Positions 27,966-38,464 of a stretch of DNA of 64,000 nucleotides are shown here, piece by piece. The stretch is from assembly GCA_963710755.1 (NCBI GenBank), contig CAVQBK010000003.1, forward strand, positions 640,001-704,000, read 5' to 3'. This stretch comes from an uncultured bacterium. GTDB lineage: Bacteria; Oederibacteriota; JAAXVQ01; JAUVAV01. A program made the translations under genes and the position numbers. Every line of letters begins with the position of its first letter. Position 1 is the first letter of the stretch. Under the pieces are notes generated by a model. It was not told the DNA's origin, did not search any database, and saw nothing but the letters and a program-made list of their open reading frames with translations.

Positions 27966-29423
27966 ATGATTCTTTCGATGTTGATTATCATTCCACTGGT
28001 CTCGGCTCTACTGATCATGATCTTGCCCAGGGAGAAGACCACTTGGCCACGTTGGATCGCTCTGGCCGGAGGCCTGGTATCGCTGGGGCTTTCATTGTAT
28101 CTCTTCAGTCACTATAATTTGCAGACTGCGGGCATTCAATTACGCGAACATATGGATCTGGTGCCGTCATTGGGTATTCAATATGCCCTGGGCTTGGATG
28201 GCATGGGTGCGGCCATGGTGCTGCTGACAGGCATTATTATCTTTGCCGGAGTGTTGGCCTCCTGGCAGGTTTTGGAACGAAGCCAGGAGTTTTTTGCTTT
28301 GCTGCTGGTGCTGGTGACCGGTGTGTTCGGCGTGTTCGTGGCCCGCGATCTCTTTATCTTTTTCCTGTTCTATGAAATTGCCGTGCTGCCCATGTACCTG
28401 CTCATCGGCATCTGGGGCACTGGTAAAAAAGAATATTCGGCCATGAAACTTACCCTCTATTTATTGGTGGGCAGCGCCTTGATGCTGGTAGGTTTCCTGG
28501 CCATGTATTTTGCCGGTGAGGTGCACAATTTCCAGCTTGAGCAATTGATGATGAAACATTATTCGAGAACATTTCAAATCATCTTCTTTCCCATCTTGTT
28601 CGTGGGTTTTGGCATACTGGCCGGGTTCTGGCCCTTTCATACCTGGTCACCCGATGGGCATGCCTCCGCCCCCACTGCGGTTTCCATGCTGCATGCCGGG
28701 GTATTGATGAAATTGGGGGCTTTTGGGATTATCCGTATCGGCCTGGAAGTGTTGCCGGAAGGCGCCAAATTCTGGGTGCCCATCCTGGCCTTGTTTACCT
28801 TGGTTAACATCGTTTATGGTTCCCTGGTGGCGACCCACCAAAAGGATTTGAAATACGTGGTGGCCTATTCCTCGGTCTCCCACATGGGCATTGTGCTGCT
28901 GGGAATCTGTACGCTCAATCCCATCGGGCTCAATGGCGCGGTGCTGCAAATGTTCTCTCATGGTATCATGACCGGGCTTTTCTTTGCGCTGATCGGAATG
29001 GTTTATGGCCGTACTCATACCCGCATTATTCCCGACATGGGCGGTCTGGTGAATCAAATGCCTTTCCTGGCCACAGCCTTCATTATCGGTGGGCTGGTAT
29101 CCCTGGGACTTCCCGGGTTTTCCGGATTTGTAGCCGAGTTTCTGGTATTCCTGGGCGCTTTCAAGACCAATGCCATTGTGTCGGCGATTGCGGTGACCGG
29201 CATCTTATTCACGGCTATTTATGTGCTGCGGGTTGTACAAAAAATATTTTTCGGCCCCAACAAAGCCTCTTTTGCTGGCTTAAACGACGCCAACTGGATA
29301 GAACGCGCTTGTCTGCTGCTTTTAATGCTGGTGCTGTTGGTTGTGGGTGTTTACCCCAGCCTGATGATCAATGTGATCAATACCACTATCGCGCCGTTGG
29401 CCGGTCTTTTAGGAGGCGCTTAA
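27966..29423 (+). CDS. nuoM: NADH-quinone oxidoreductase subunit M
   Basis: FYE...LPMY, PFHTWSPDGH..APT, K.LG, AYSSVSHMG, LGLPG.SGFVAEF. Confidence 0.96.
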   Translation: MILSMLIIIPLVSALLIMILPREKTTWPRWIALAGGLVSLGLSLYLFSHYNLQTAGIQLREHMDLVPSLGIQYALGLDGMGAAMVLLTGIIIFAGVLASWQVLERSQEFFALLLVLVTGVFGVFVARDLFIFFLFYEIAVLPMYLLIGIWGTGKKEYSAMKLTLYLLVGSALMLVGFLAMYFAGEVHNFQLEQLMMKHYSRTFQIIFFPILFVGFGILAGFWPFHTWSPDGHASAPTAVSMLHAGVLMKLGAFGIIRIGLEVLPEGAKFWVPILALFTLVNIVYGSLVATHQKDLKYVVAYSSVSHMGIVLLGICTLNPIGLNGAVLQMFSHGIMTGLFFALIGMVYGRTHTRIIPDMGGLVNQMPFLATAFIIGGLVSLGLPGFSGFVAEFLVFLGAFKTNAIVSAIAVTGILFTAIYVLRVVQKIFFGPNKASFAGLNDANWIERACLLLLMLVLLVVGVYPSLMINVINTTIAPLAGLLGGA

Positions 29424-29424
29424 G

Positions 29425-30852
29425 ATGTTTTCCTCTTGGTTGGTATTAAGTCCTGAACTGATTATATTGGTGTTGGCCATGACCTTGATTATCACCGGTC
29501 TTTTGGTCAAGAAATCCCATTCTTGGGGGATAACGCTATTGGTACTGATCGGCCTGGGTCTGGCCTTGGCCGCGCTATGGCTCGGTCCCCAAGCCAGCTT
29601 TGGGCAAGCCTTTATCGTGGACGGTATGGCCAAGATACTAAAGACAGTTGTGCTGGCAGCCTTGGGCTTGTTGGTGCTGATGGTAAAAGACTTTGAAGCA
29701 GTCTGGAAACGACCGCAGGTGGAATTTCAAACATTGCTGCTTTTTTCCGGGCTGGGTATGATGAGTTTGATTTCCAGCCAGGAATTGATTTTAATGGTGG
29801 TCTCCCTGGAATTAACCACTTTTCCTCTGGTGCTGCTCACAGCTTTTCAACCGCAAAATCGTCGTTCCGCCGAAGGTGGCATCAAGTACCTGCTTATGGC
29901 GGCTTTGGGCTCGGCTGTTTTGCTTTTTGGATTATCCCTGATCATGGTGGTTACCGGGGTAACCACTTACCTCGGTTTGGCGGAGATTATCAATGCCCAA
30001 GTTCAGCACCCTTTGCTGGTCACAGGACTGGTATTCGTCGTGGCCGGCGTGGGCTTTAAAATTGCCATGGTACCTTTTCATATGTGGGCGCCTGATGCCT
30101 ATGAAGGCGCACCTACACCGGTAACGGCATTTTTGTCTATTGCCGGTAAAACCGCAGGTTTTGCCTTGGCTATTCGTTTGTTTGCTCAGGCTTTTCCGGC
30201 TCTGCAGCATCACTGGGTCATGGCCCTGGCTATTCTGTCCGCCCTGACCATGTCCTTAGGCAATTTCGCCGCTTTAGTGCAAACCAACATTAAACGGCTG
30301 CTGGCATACTCTTCCATTGCTCAGGCCGGCTATATGCTGATGGGCTTGGTGGCCTTCAGCCAGGACGGCTTGGCAGCCTTACTTTATTACCTCATGGCCT
30401 ATCTGGTCACCACCATCGCGGCCTTCAGCGTGGTCATTGCCATGGAACGCGGGTCGGGCCGTACCGACCTGGAGGCTTATCGAGGACTGGCGGAGCGCTC
30501 GCCGCGTTTGGCCCTGCTGATGCTCCTGGCCTTATTGTCCCTGGCAGGCATTCCGCCCCTGGTGGGCTTTACCGCCAAATTTTATTTATTCACCGCAGCT
30601 TTCAGCCAGGGCTTTGGCTGGCTGGTGCTCATTGCCGTGCTTAATTCCTCTTTGTCTGTTTATTATTACCTGAAAATCGTGCGCCTCATGTATATTGAAC
30701 CGAGTGAAGATCAGCCGGCCGTGCTGCTCACCCCCCACTGGGCGCTGAGCTTGACCATGGTGGTGGCCGTGATCGGTGTGCTGCTGGTGGGCATTATTCC
30801 CAATCCTTTCATTGCCACGGCCAAAGCGGCTGTGCTGACCCTTTTTCCTTAA
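29425..30852 (+). CDS. nuoN: NADH-quinone oxidoreductase subunit N
   Basis: FKIAMVPFHMWAPDAYEGAPTPV, KRLLAYSSIAQAGY, SLAGIPP..GF..KF. Confidence 0.97.
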   Translation: MFSSWLVLSPELIILVLAMTLIITGLLVKKSHSWGITLLVLIGLGLALAALWLGPQASFGQAFIVDGMAKILKTVVLAALGLLVLMVKDFEAVWKRPQVEFQTLLLFSGLGMMSLISSQELILMVVSLELTTFPLVLLTAFQPQNRRSAEGGIKYLLMAALGSAVLLFGLSLIMVVTGVTTYLGLAEIINAQVQHPLLVTGLVFVVAGVGFKIAMVPFHMWAPDAYEGAPTPVTAFLSIAGKTAGFALAIRLFAQAFPALQHHWVMALAILSALTMSLGNFAALVQTNIKRLLAYSSIAQAGYMLMGLVAFSQDGLAALLYYLMAYLVTTIAAFSVVIAMERGSGRTDLEAYRGLAERSPRLALLMLLALLSLAGIPPLVGFTAKFYLFTAAFSQGFGWLVLIAVLNSSLSVYYYLKIVRLMYIEPSEDQPAVLLTPHWALSLTMVVAVIGVLLVGIIPNPFIATAKAAVLTLFP

Positions 30853-30914
30853 CTTCATTATCCTTCTTTATAGAAAGCAACCGGGATAATTTGCATCCGC
30901 ACAGTAGCAAGTGC

Positions 30915-30943
30915 TTGGCGAATGGAGCGGTTCTTTGTATAAT
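30915..30943 (+). promoter_or_regulatory. sigma70-type promoter
   Basis: TTGGCG, 17 bp, TATAAT. Confidence 0.5.
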
Positions 30944-31129
30944 CATAGACGTTCTATCACTCCGGCATGGAGCTGCTCATGACTTTCAGGAAACGCACTT
31001 CCCAACGCGTTTACGCGCAAACGTTCGTGCCCTGCGCGCCGGAACTGGCTTATTGCAGTGATTGCCAGCAAAACCGGTTACAAGGCCACTGTCCCAGGCA
31101 AAAAGCATTGCGTCATGGAGGGAAGGACT

Positions 31130-32656
31130 TTGCAAAATCAGCCAAAATCATGGTCAAAAAAAACATCGAGCATTAAAGTCGAATTTACGCTGTGGGTCAT
31201 TCTTCTGATTTTAACCACCACGGTGACCATTACCGCGGTGGTGTTGAAGCAGGAGAAAACGGCTCTGACCAAGGAGGTCACCCGGCGCGGTGTGGCCTTG
31301 GCGCAATATGTGGCTACTCACAGCATTGATCCTTTTTTGGCTGACGACAAGCTCAGCCTGGCCACACTGGTGGCGGATGTCATGAAAAACGAGGACATGG
31401 TCTACGCCCTGATCGTGGACCGCAACAACCGGGTGGTGGCAGCTGATAATTCTCCTCTGGTAGGCAAAGCCTATCAACGCCCGCCTAATAGTTATCCCCT
31501 CGACCGCCCGGCGCCCAAGACGCACAGTTTTTACTATGACAAAGTCCATGGCTGGGTGCTGGACGTGGGCATTCCCATTATTCTGGAGGGCACCACCAAG
31601 ATCGGGGAAGTGCATATCGGGGTATCCCAATCCACCATCAAGAAAGTGGTCACCGCGGCCTGGCAAAATGCCAGCGGTTTGGCGGCTCTGTTTGTCCTGG
31701 CCGGCCTGCTGGGATCCATCATCATGGTGACCTGGATGTTACGGCCGGTATCGGCCCTTACCAAGGGTGCCCGTGAGATCGGAAGCGGCAACTTGGATTT
31801 TCATATTCCCCAAATGAAAAATAATGAACTGGGTCAGCTGGCCATGACCTTCAACAAAATGACGGATGAGCTGAAGGTGGCTACCGAGAAGGCTTTGGAG
31901 CAGGAGCGTATTGAAAAAGAATTACAAGTGGCCCATCAAATTCAGCACATGTTGCTGCCCAAAGATACACCAACGCTCCGGGGCTATTCCTTTGGAGCCC
32001 TCTACCGAGCGGCCAAGGAAGTGGGGGGCGACTATTATGATTTCATCCATATCGACAAAGATCGTCTGGCCCTGACCGTGGCCGATGTTTGCGGCAAAGG
32101 CATCCCCGCAGCCATGCTCATGAGCGTCACCCGCAGCAGCTTGAAAAGTTTTGTTTCCCTGGCCGCTTCGCCGGTAGCTGTGATCGGGGAACTAAACCGG
32201 CTCTTGTTTAATGATCTGAGCCGGGCCATGTTCGTTACTTTGTTTTATGCGGTGATTGATCTCAAGAAAAAGCAGATGCTGTTTACATCGGCCGGGCACA
32301 ATCCCGGTCTGATTTGGCGCGCTCAACAACAACAAGTGGAAATGCTGACGTTGGAGCCCACCTGTCTGCCCCTGGGAGTTGACAATAGCAATATTTTTAA
32401 CCAGCTGTTGCAGGAGAAAAAAACAGCCCTGCATGCAGGGGATGTGATCTTGCTCTACACCGACGGGGTGACCGAGGCCATGAACATCGAGCAGCAGGAG
32501 TTCGGCATAGAACGGCTGAAGGCCTCTTTGACGGCTTATGCCTCTTCCAAGGATGCCGATACTATTATCCGAGCCATCGACCAGGACAATAGGCAATTTT
32601 GCGCCCAAGCTTACCAAAATGACGATATTGCCATGGTCGCAGTCAAAGTAGAATAG
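31130..32656 (+). CDS. Membrane sensor PP2C/SpoIIE (RsbU-like) phosphatase with HAMP domain
   Basis: Two TMs, HAMP (NELGQLA..FN.M), EVGGDYYD, DVCGKG, AGHNP, YTDGVTEA, DD; TTG start after GGAGGG. Confidence 0.92.
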   Translation: MQNQPKSWSKKTSSIKVEFTLWVILLILTTTVTITAVVLKQEKTALTKEVTRRGVALAQYVATHSIDPFLADDKLSLATLVADVMKNEDMVYALIVDRNNRVVAADNSPLVGKAYQRPPNSYPLDRPAPKTHSFYYDKVHGWVLDVGIPIILEGTTKIGEVHIGVSQSTIKKVVTAAWQNASGLAALFVLAGLLGSIIMVTWMLRPVSALTKGAREIGSGNLDFHIPQMKNNELGQLAMTFNKMTDELKVATEKALEQERIEKELQVAHQIQHMLLPKDTPTLRGYSFGALYRAAKEVGGDYYDFIHIDKDRLALTVADVCGKGIPAAMLMSVTRSSLKSFVSLAASPVAVIGELNRLLFNDLSRAMFVTLFYAVIDLKKKQMLFTSAGHNPGLIWRAQQQQVEMLTLEPTCLPLGVDNSNIFNQLLQEKKTALHAGDVILLYTDGVTEAMNIEQQEFGIERLKASLTAYASSKDADTIIRAIDQDNRQFCAQAYQNDDIAMVAVKVE

Positions 32657-32674
32657 CATAGGGAGGCTTTTAAC

Positions 32675-33049
32675 ATGAGTATAAGGCGCGATGGAACCAT
32701 TACCATTACAGTACGCCCCCTTGAGGACCAAGGGATCACCCTGGTGGATGTCATGGGGGTCATTGATACAGGGACTACCTTATTATTGGATGAAAAATTA
32801 TCTAGTCTAATCCGGGACCAATATTATAAAATTGTGGTTAATTTGGCAGGCGTGACTTACGTCTCTTCAGCAGGATGGGGGCTCTTCATCAGTCTGCTCC
32901 AAAAGACCAGAGACCATCGTGGCGACATCAAGCTCATTAACCTTACGCCGGAAGTGGCCAATGTATTTAATATGTTGGCTTTTTCCAATTTGATCTCATC
33001 TTATCCATCGGAAGAGGAAGCGCTTGAAGCCTTTCAAAACACCAATTAA
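32675..33049 (+). CDS. STAS-domain anti-sigma-factor antagonist
   Basis: G.ID, VTYVSSAGWG, GD.KL. Confidence 0.9.
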   Translation: MSIRRDGTITITVRPLEDQGITLVDVMGVIDTGTTLLLDEKLSSLIRDQYYKIVVNLAGVTYVSSAGWGLFISLLQKTRDHRGDIKLINLTPEVANVFNMLAFSNLISSYPSEEEALEAFQNTN

Positions 33050-33992
33050 TTATAAACTCTTGTTGGTCCTGACGGCAGTACTGCTGGTGAGCTGCGCTCA
33101 GGACCATCATCCCCTTATTCCCGCCTTGATCAACCGTTTTGACGTTCAAAAATATCCCCATAGCCTGAGCCTGGGCCCAAATAGCGAGCAGTTATTCGTG
33201 ACCTGTTTTGCTGATGATGTGGTCCAGGAGCTTGACTTGAAGACCGGGGAAGTGCGCCATACCTTCAAGGTGCTGGCCGGCCCGGGGGCGCTCATTGCTG
33301 ATCCTGAGCGCGGACGTCTCTATGTTTTGCATCATAAACAAAACGCTTTTGCCATCCTTAATGAGGATCCGGCGGCTTTGGTTAAGACCGCACAAACCGG
33401 CAGCTTTACCCTGGCCGGGGGTGCCGTCCGCCCCGGTGCGGATGAACTCTGGATCACCAATGGACAGAGTAAGATTCTGATCTTTACCCATCAGCTGGCC
33501 TTTAAACGGAGCATTACCTTGGGCCGCTATCCCCAAGCTATTGCGTTTACCCAGGACGGGCGCCAGGCCTTAATCACCCTGAAGGGTGAAAATGCGCTTT
33601 CTCTGGTCGATGCCAATGCCGGCCAGGAGATAGGCAGAGTAACTGTGGGTATTTATCCCCGCGACCTCTTGCTGGTGGGTAATAAAGCCTGCGTCTCCAA
33701 CTATGGTTCCAACGACATCTCGTTGGTGGACATTGTTAAGAAAAAAGAGTTGGCTCGTATCGCGGTGTATAAACGTCCCAATGCCATGGCCTATAAAAAT
33801 AACACCTTATGGGTGGCCTGTGAGAAGTCCTTCCGTGTAGTGGCATTGGATATCGGGAAAGCTCAGGTCATCGGGTCCATCCGCACTGGATTCTATCCCG
33901 GTGATCTGGTGGCCCGCCGGGACGGCACCTTGATTGTGGCCTCGCCCCGTGATAATAAAATCGCCATCATCACACCTCAGAACACGCATTGA
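33024..33992 (+). CDS. YncE/YVTN-type beta-propeller lipoprotein
   Basis: Lipobox LVSC; repeated V/G..P blades. Confidence 0.75.
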   Translation: MKPFKTPINYKLLLVLTAVLLVSCAQDHHPLIPALINRFDVQKYPHSLSLGPNSEQLFVTCFADDVVQELDLKTGEVRHTFKVLAGPGALIADPERGRLYVLHHKQNAFAILNEDPAALVKTAQTGSFTLAGGAVRPGADELWITNGQSKILIFTHQLAFKRSITLGRYPQAIAFTQDGRQALITLKGENALSLVDANAGQEIGRVTVGIYPRDLLLVGNKACVSNYGSNDISLVDIVKKKELARIAVYKRPNAMAYKNNTLWVACEKSFRVVALDIGKAQVIGSIRTGFYPGDLVARRDGTLIVASPRDNKIAIITPQNTH

Positions 33993-34174
33993 TTTTTAAT
34001 AACTGCTCAGATCAAACCCGGACTTACCCGTGCATGAAAATCAATAAAGGCCCTTTCAATTAATTTCTTCAAGCCCGGAGTCGTTAGTTTCTGTTGCGGG
34101 AAAAATTATTTTCAGTGGTGAAGTCGTAATGCTTACGTTATCTAAATCCAGTGCCACAACGTAAAGGAAATTTT

Positions 34175-34200
34175 GCAGGTACGGTAGGCCGTGCCCCTGC
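34175..34200. repeat. Degenerate REP-like hairpin
   Basis: GCAGGTACGGTAGGCCGTGCCCCTGC. Confidence 0.4.
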
Positions 34201-34315
34201 ACGCACAGGTTTGCATATACTGTTTTTCCACAACAAGAACAAGCTGCAATTTTTATTGAAATAAAAATCCCCCCTTTGGGTCTAATCCTATAATATCTGT
34301 CCAAGGATTAGTTCA

Positions 34316-36631
34316 TTGCACCCACCCCTTTATATTGACCGACCGCTATTGTTCCTGGTACCGCCGGCTGTGACCGGCTGTTTGCTGGGGTCCTGCTGGA
34401 CTGGGCCGACCTGGCTTAGCTTGGCGTGGGTCATGATCTTGTTCCTGCTGCTGATAGTGCGACGACGGGGTGTCTTGGCTAACACCTGGCTGCTCGCCTT
34501 GCTGGTAATGGGGCTGTTCCTAACCGTGGCTGGTCAGGCTCATACATCTTCCCTCATGGAGTTAACCGACAAACTGGACCGTCACAGCGTGATCATCACA
34601 GGGCGAATACAAAGTCTTGCCCATCCCCTGTCTTCAGGGCGGGGATGGGATTGGGTGCTGCAAACCAAGGTCGTGGAATGTCAAGGCCAGAGCTGGCGTA
34701 TGGCTAAAAAAGTTAAACTGGTGGCCTTTGGTCCCGGCAAACCTGCTTTGGTCCTGGGGACTCGGGTAAGGCTCAAGGGTTTGTTCACCAGTTATGAAGG
34801 CCCGCACAATCCGGGAGAGTTTAATTTTGCCCGTTTACAACTGCAAAAGGGGATCATTGGTCAGGTCATGGTTAATGATCCTGCCTTGGTCTCCATTCAG
34901 CATCAACCTGGGTCCTGGCAATGGACTACTTGGATCAGTCGAGGGCATGCCTATATCCTCACCACGCTGAACCATTACTGCCCTGCGCCGATGCGGCCCT
35001 GGTTGCAGGCTTTGCTGTTGGGTGACCGGCGTATGCTTGCGCCTTTGGACCAGCAGATCATGGCCATCAGCGGTTTGGCCCATGTTCTGGCTATTTCGGG
35101 TCTGCATATGGGCATTATCTTTGCCGCAGTGGTCATGGGACTGGGGTTATTGGGGCTGCCGCCGGGATGGCGGTTTATCCTGGCCCTGGTCATGGTGATG
35201 GGGTTCACGCTTATGATAGGTACCCCCTTCTCCGCTGTACGGGCAGTGATCATGCTGGGATGCGGCATGTTGCTGTGGGTGCAACTGGGGCCCAAGGATG
35301 GCTGGTCAGCCTGGGCGCTGGCCTTGTTGCTTGTCCTCGCCTCGCATCCCTTGGCTGTTCTCAATGCCGGTCTGCAGTTGTCCTTTGCCGCCACGGCGGC
35401 CATTTTGGTGGTATGGCCAAGATTGCCGAAGATAGCAAAACCCTGGCTACGCTGGCCGGCCCACCTGCTCATCATTTCTGTTGTTATTTTCTGCTTCACT
35501 TCCGGCTTGATGATGATGCATTTTAATTTGCTTGCACCCGTGGCCGTGGTTGGCAATCTGGTGATTATACCTTTACTTACGGTAGCGTTGCTAACCGGCT
35601 TAGCCATGGTGCTGTTGGGCGGTTTATGGCCCGCCATGGCAGGCCTGCTGGGACAAAGTTCAGGTTTGGCTCTGACCGGGATCAGCGCGGTGGCCAAAGT
35701 AAGCACCATGGTTCCTTATAGTTATGGGTATGGTTCCACGCCCCCGGCAGGTCTGGTGTTAACCGGTTACGGCCTGATCTTGATTTTTATAGTATACAGG
35801 CTTAAACCCATCTTTAAGATCACCCTGTTGGGAGGGTGGTGCGCGGGTTGTTTGGTCCTGGCCTGCTGGCCTCAGTCTCAGCCGCAGGTGAGGATCACTG
35901 CCCTGGCGCTGCAACGCGGCGAAGCTGTGGTGATTGAACATGATCACCGTGTCCTGCTGGTGGATTGCGGTACCCAAAAAGATTTTCTTTATCAGGTTTA
36001 TCCTTTTTTGAAGCAGCGTGGCATCAACCGCATTGAAGCGCTGCTGCTCTCCCATCAAGATCAGGACCACAGTGGCGGTGCTAAGGCCTGTCTGCAGCTT
36101 TTCCACGTCGCTCATTGCCTGACGGCCGGGAACTGGATACAGCAGCAGCCCGAGCTCATGACACTTATGGCTAAAAAACATACCCGTCTGCACGTGATGG
36201 TCAGGCCCGCTACTTGGTCCCTGGCGCCGGACTGGAAACTGCGGTGTTTATGGCCACCTCCCGGCGCGTCACGTTCCAGCAATCTTACCTGCCTGGTGGT
36301 AGACATGACCTTGGCAGGGGAGCATCTTCTTTTTACCGGTGACAGTTTACGAGAGGTGGAAGCGTGTTGGCAACAGGTGCCGTCTTGCTTGCTGCTCAAG
36401 GCCGGCCATCATGGAGATGATCAGGCCACCAGCCACGGCCTGCTGGTCAGGACCAGGCCGCAGCTGGTTTTAGTTTGTGCCGGTACGCGCAATCCCTATG
36501 GCCTGCCTGATGAGGCCACCCTAATGCGTATCCAAAAACACCAAGCCGTGTTGCTTGACAGCAAGACCCATGGAGCGGTGGAAGTGAGCTGGGACCAAGG
36601 GCATAACCCGCATTGGCGGTTTTGGCAATAG
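34316..36631 (+). CDS. comEC: DNA uptake competence protein ComEC/Rec2
   Basis: NPGEF, GLAHVLAISGLH, LQLSFAA, MBL motifs SHQDQDHSGG and KAGHHG, NPYG.P. Confidence 0.93.
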   Translation: MHPPLYIDRPLLFLVPPAVTGCLLGSCWTGPTWLSLAWVMILFLLLIVRRRGVLANTWLLALLVMGLFLTVAGQAHTSSLMELTDKLDRHSVIITGRIQSLAHPLSSGRGWDWVLQTKVVECQGQSWRMAKKVKLVAFGPGKPALVLGTRVRLKGLFTSYEGPHNPGEFNFARLQLQKGIIGQVMVNDPALVSIQHQPGSWQWTTWISRGHAYILTTLNHYCPAPMRPWLQALLLGDRRMLAPLDQQIMAISGLAHVLAISGLHMGIIFAAVVMGLGLLGLPPGWRFILALVMVMGFTLMIGTPFSAVRAVIMLGCGMLLWVQLGPKDGWSAWALALLLVLASHPLAVLNAGLQLSFAATAAILVVWPRLPKIAKPWLRWPAHLLIISVVIFCFTSGLMMMHFNLLAPVAVVGNLVIIPLLTVALLTGLAMVLLGGLWPAMAGLLGQSSGLALTGISAVAKVSTMVPYSYGYGSTPPAGLVLTGYGLILIFIVYRLKPIFKITLLGGWCAGCLVLACWPQSQPQVRITALALQRGEAVVIEHDHRVLLVDCGTQKDFLYQVYPFLKQRGINRIEALLLSHQDQDHSGGAKACLQLFHVAHCLTAGNWIQQQPELMTLMAKKHTRLHVMVRPATWSLAPDWKLRCLWPPPGASRSSNLTCLVVDMTLAGEHLLFTGDSLREVEACWQQVPSCLLLKAGHHGDDQATSHGLLVRTRPQLVLVCAGTRNPYGLPDEATLMRIQKHQAVLLDSKTHGAVEVSWDQGHNPHWRFWQ

Positions 36632-36672
36632 GCTTGATTGGCGCCAGCCGGATAATCTGATAAAATGCGGTC

Positions 36673-37035
36673 ATGCTTACAGTCATCAACACCACCCGTC
36701 ATCAGCAGTTGGTTTCCTGCATTAAACCAGCCTGGCATTTTTGGGCGCGCCTGCAAGGCTGTTTTAGTCTGGCTTGGGGCCAGCCATGGCAGGGTATCCA
36801 TTTGCAACCATGCCGCAGTATTCATACGCTGGCCATGAGCAGGTCTTTGGATGTGGTATTTGTCGATCAGGACGGCTACGTTTTAAAATGGAAAACCGTA
36901 AAGCCATGGCGTCTCTATTTTGGCGGCGCGAAAGCGTGGGCAGCCTTGGAGCTTCCGGCAGGTACTTGTCAGGCTAAGCAGATAGGGACAGGTGACCGAT
37001 TAATTTTTATGGAGCAAGCGGGCCGGGCATCATGA
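36673..37035 (+). CDS. DUF192-family protein
   Basis: PC.SIHT..M...LDVVF.D, ALELPAG, GD.L. Confidence 0.85.
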   Translation: MLTVINTTRHQQLVSCIKPAWHFWARLQGCFSLAWGQPWQGIHLQPCRSIHTLAMSRSLDVVFVDQDGYVLKWKTVKPWRLYFGGAKAWAALELPAGTCQAKQIGTGDRLIFMEQAGRAS

Positions 37036-37069
37036 AGACCGGCTGCTCCCGGAGAGGAAAGGAAAGACC

Positions 37070-38395
37070 ATGACGAAACTGCACTGCTTGCTTATTCTTC
37101 TGGCTGCCGGCCCGGTGATATTGTCCGGTTGTCACCGTCAAGACCTGGAACCAATAGCACAAAGGATGGAACCAGCCTGGGAGAAAACCGTCAAACGTCA
37201 CGAAGCGTTGGGGGATGAGTATTACCAAGAGCAGCGCTACGCCGAGGCTCGGCAGGAATGGGCCCTGGTTTTGCAGCTGCAACCGGACAATAAAAGAGTC
37301 CGACAAAAAATCAGTTCCCTTACTTCTTCGGGGAAGCCAGGCGACCAGCCTGGCCGAATGGCGGTTGGTACCACCAAGGGGTTGAACCATCTGGAAAGAC
37401 TTCTGTTCCAGGCCGAACAGTTTTATCAGCACAGCCAATTGAAAGAAGCTGAGATTAGTTGGCAAAGCGTGCTTACTATGGCTCCGCAAAATGCCGATGC
37501 TAAAACAGGGCTGAGCCGATTAAAAGAAGAAGTTTATCAAGCGGATGCGCAGCGTCCCTTTGATAAAATGGCGGCTGCCTTATATGAAGAAGGTATGGAG
37601 GCCTACCGGCAAAAAGATTGGGCGCGTGCTCAGATTAAATTAAGAGAAGCGGAAAAACTTGTCATTAACCAGCCCCAGATTAACCATTATCTGGAGAGGG
37701 TGAATCAGGTGCTGGCCCGGCAGGCCTTTGAACAAGAAATGTTGGCCCTGCGTCAGCAGGCACAGGCTTTGGAGGCCAAGCAGTCCTGGCGGGAGGCCTT
37801 TTTGGTTTGGCAACAGGTGCAGGAAAAATTGCCTGATGACCAAGGTTGCAGCCAAGGGCTGGCCAGATGTCGCGCAGCCTTGCAACCATGGGTGGAAGAG
37901 CAGCTTCACCAAGGCCAGGCGGCTCTTGCGGATAGGGATAATTCCCGGGCCCGCCGGTATTTTAACCGGATCTTAAGCTTTTTTCCCAGGCAACTGGAAG
38001 CCCGGCAGGGCCTGATTCAGGCCGATGCCCTGCGGCCAAAAGAACCGGAGCAGCCTTCCGGCCGTGAGCAGGCTCGGGTTAAATTCAACCAAGGCGTGAC
38101 CTGTTATCGCCAGGGGCATTACCACCAGGCTGTTTCCCTTTGGGAAGCCGCAGTGCGGCTCGATCCGGATGAGGCCAATTACCAGAGTTGGTTAAAAAAA
38201 GGCCGGGATCGCGCCGTCCGGCAACAAGCGCAGCAGATCCGACAAGCCGATGTGCGCTATGCCGATGGATTGGCGGCGTACCAGAGAGGGGAACTGGAAG
38301 AGGCTTTGAAAGATTGGAAAGAAGTACTCAGCCTTAATCCAGAACACGAGAAAGCTAAAATTAACATCAACCGGGTGCAAAAGGAATTGGAATAG
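37070..38395 (+). CDS. Tetratricopeptide-repeat lipoprotein
   Basis: Lipobox LSGC; about 7 TPR-like units (W..VL.L.P....A). Confidence 0.8.
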   Translation: MTKLHCLLILLAAGPVILSGCHRQDLEPIAQRMEPAWEKTVKRHEALGDEYYQEQRYAEARQEWALVLQLQPDNKRVRQKISSLTSSGKPGDQPGRMAVGTTKGLNHLERLLFQAEQFYQHSQLKEAEISWQSVLTMAPQNADAKTGLSRLKEEVYQADAQRPFDKMAAALYEEGMEAYRQKDWARAQIKLREAEKLVINQPQINHYLERVNQVLARQAFEQEMLALRQQAQALEAKQSWREAFLVWQQVQEKLPDDQGCSQGLARCRAALQPWVEEQLHQGQAALADRDNSRARRYFNRILSFFPRQLEARQGLIQADALRPKEPEQPSGREQARVKFNQGVTCYRQGHYHQAVSLWEAAVRLDPDEANYQSWLKKGRDRAVRQQAQQIRQADVRYADGLAAYQRGELEEALKDWKEVLSLNPEHEKAKININRVQKELE

Positions 38396-38464
38396 TTGGC
38401 CGCACCGCCGGCTGCGGTTGCTGTAAGTTCATGGAATATCACTGACCGATAGCAGGAGTATACA

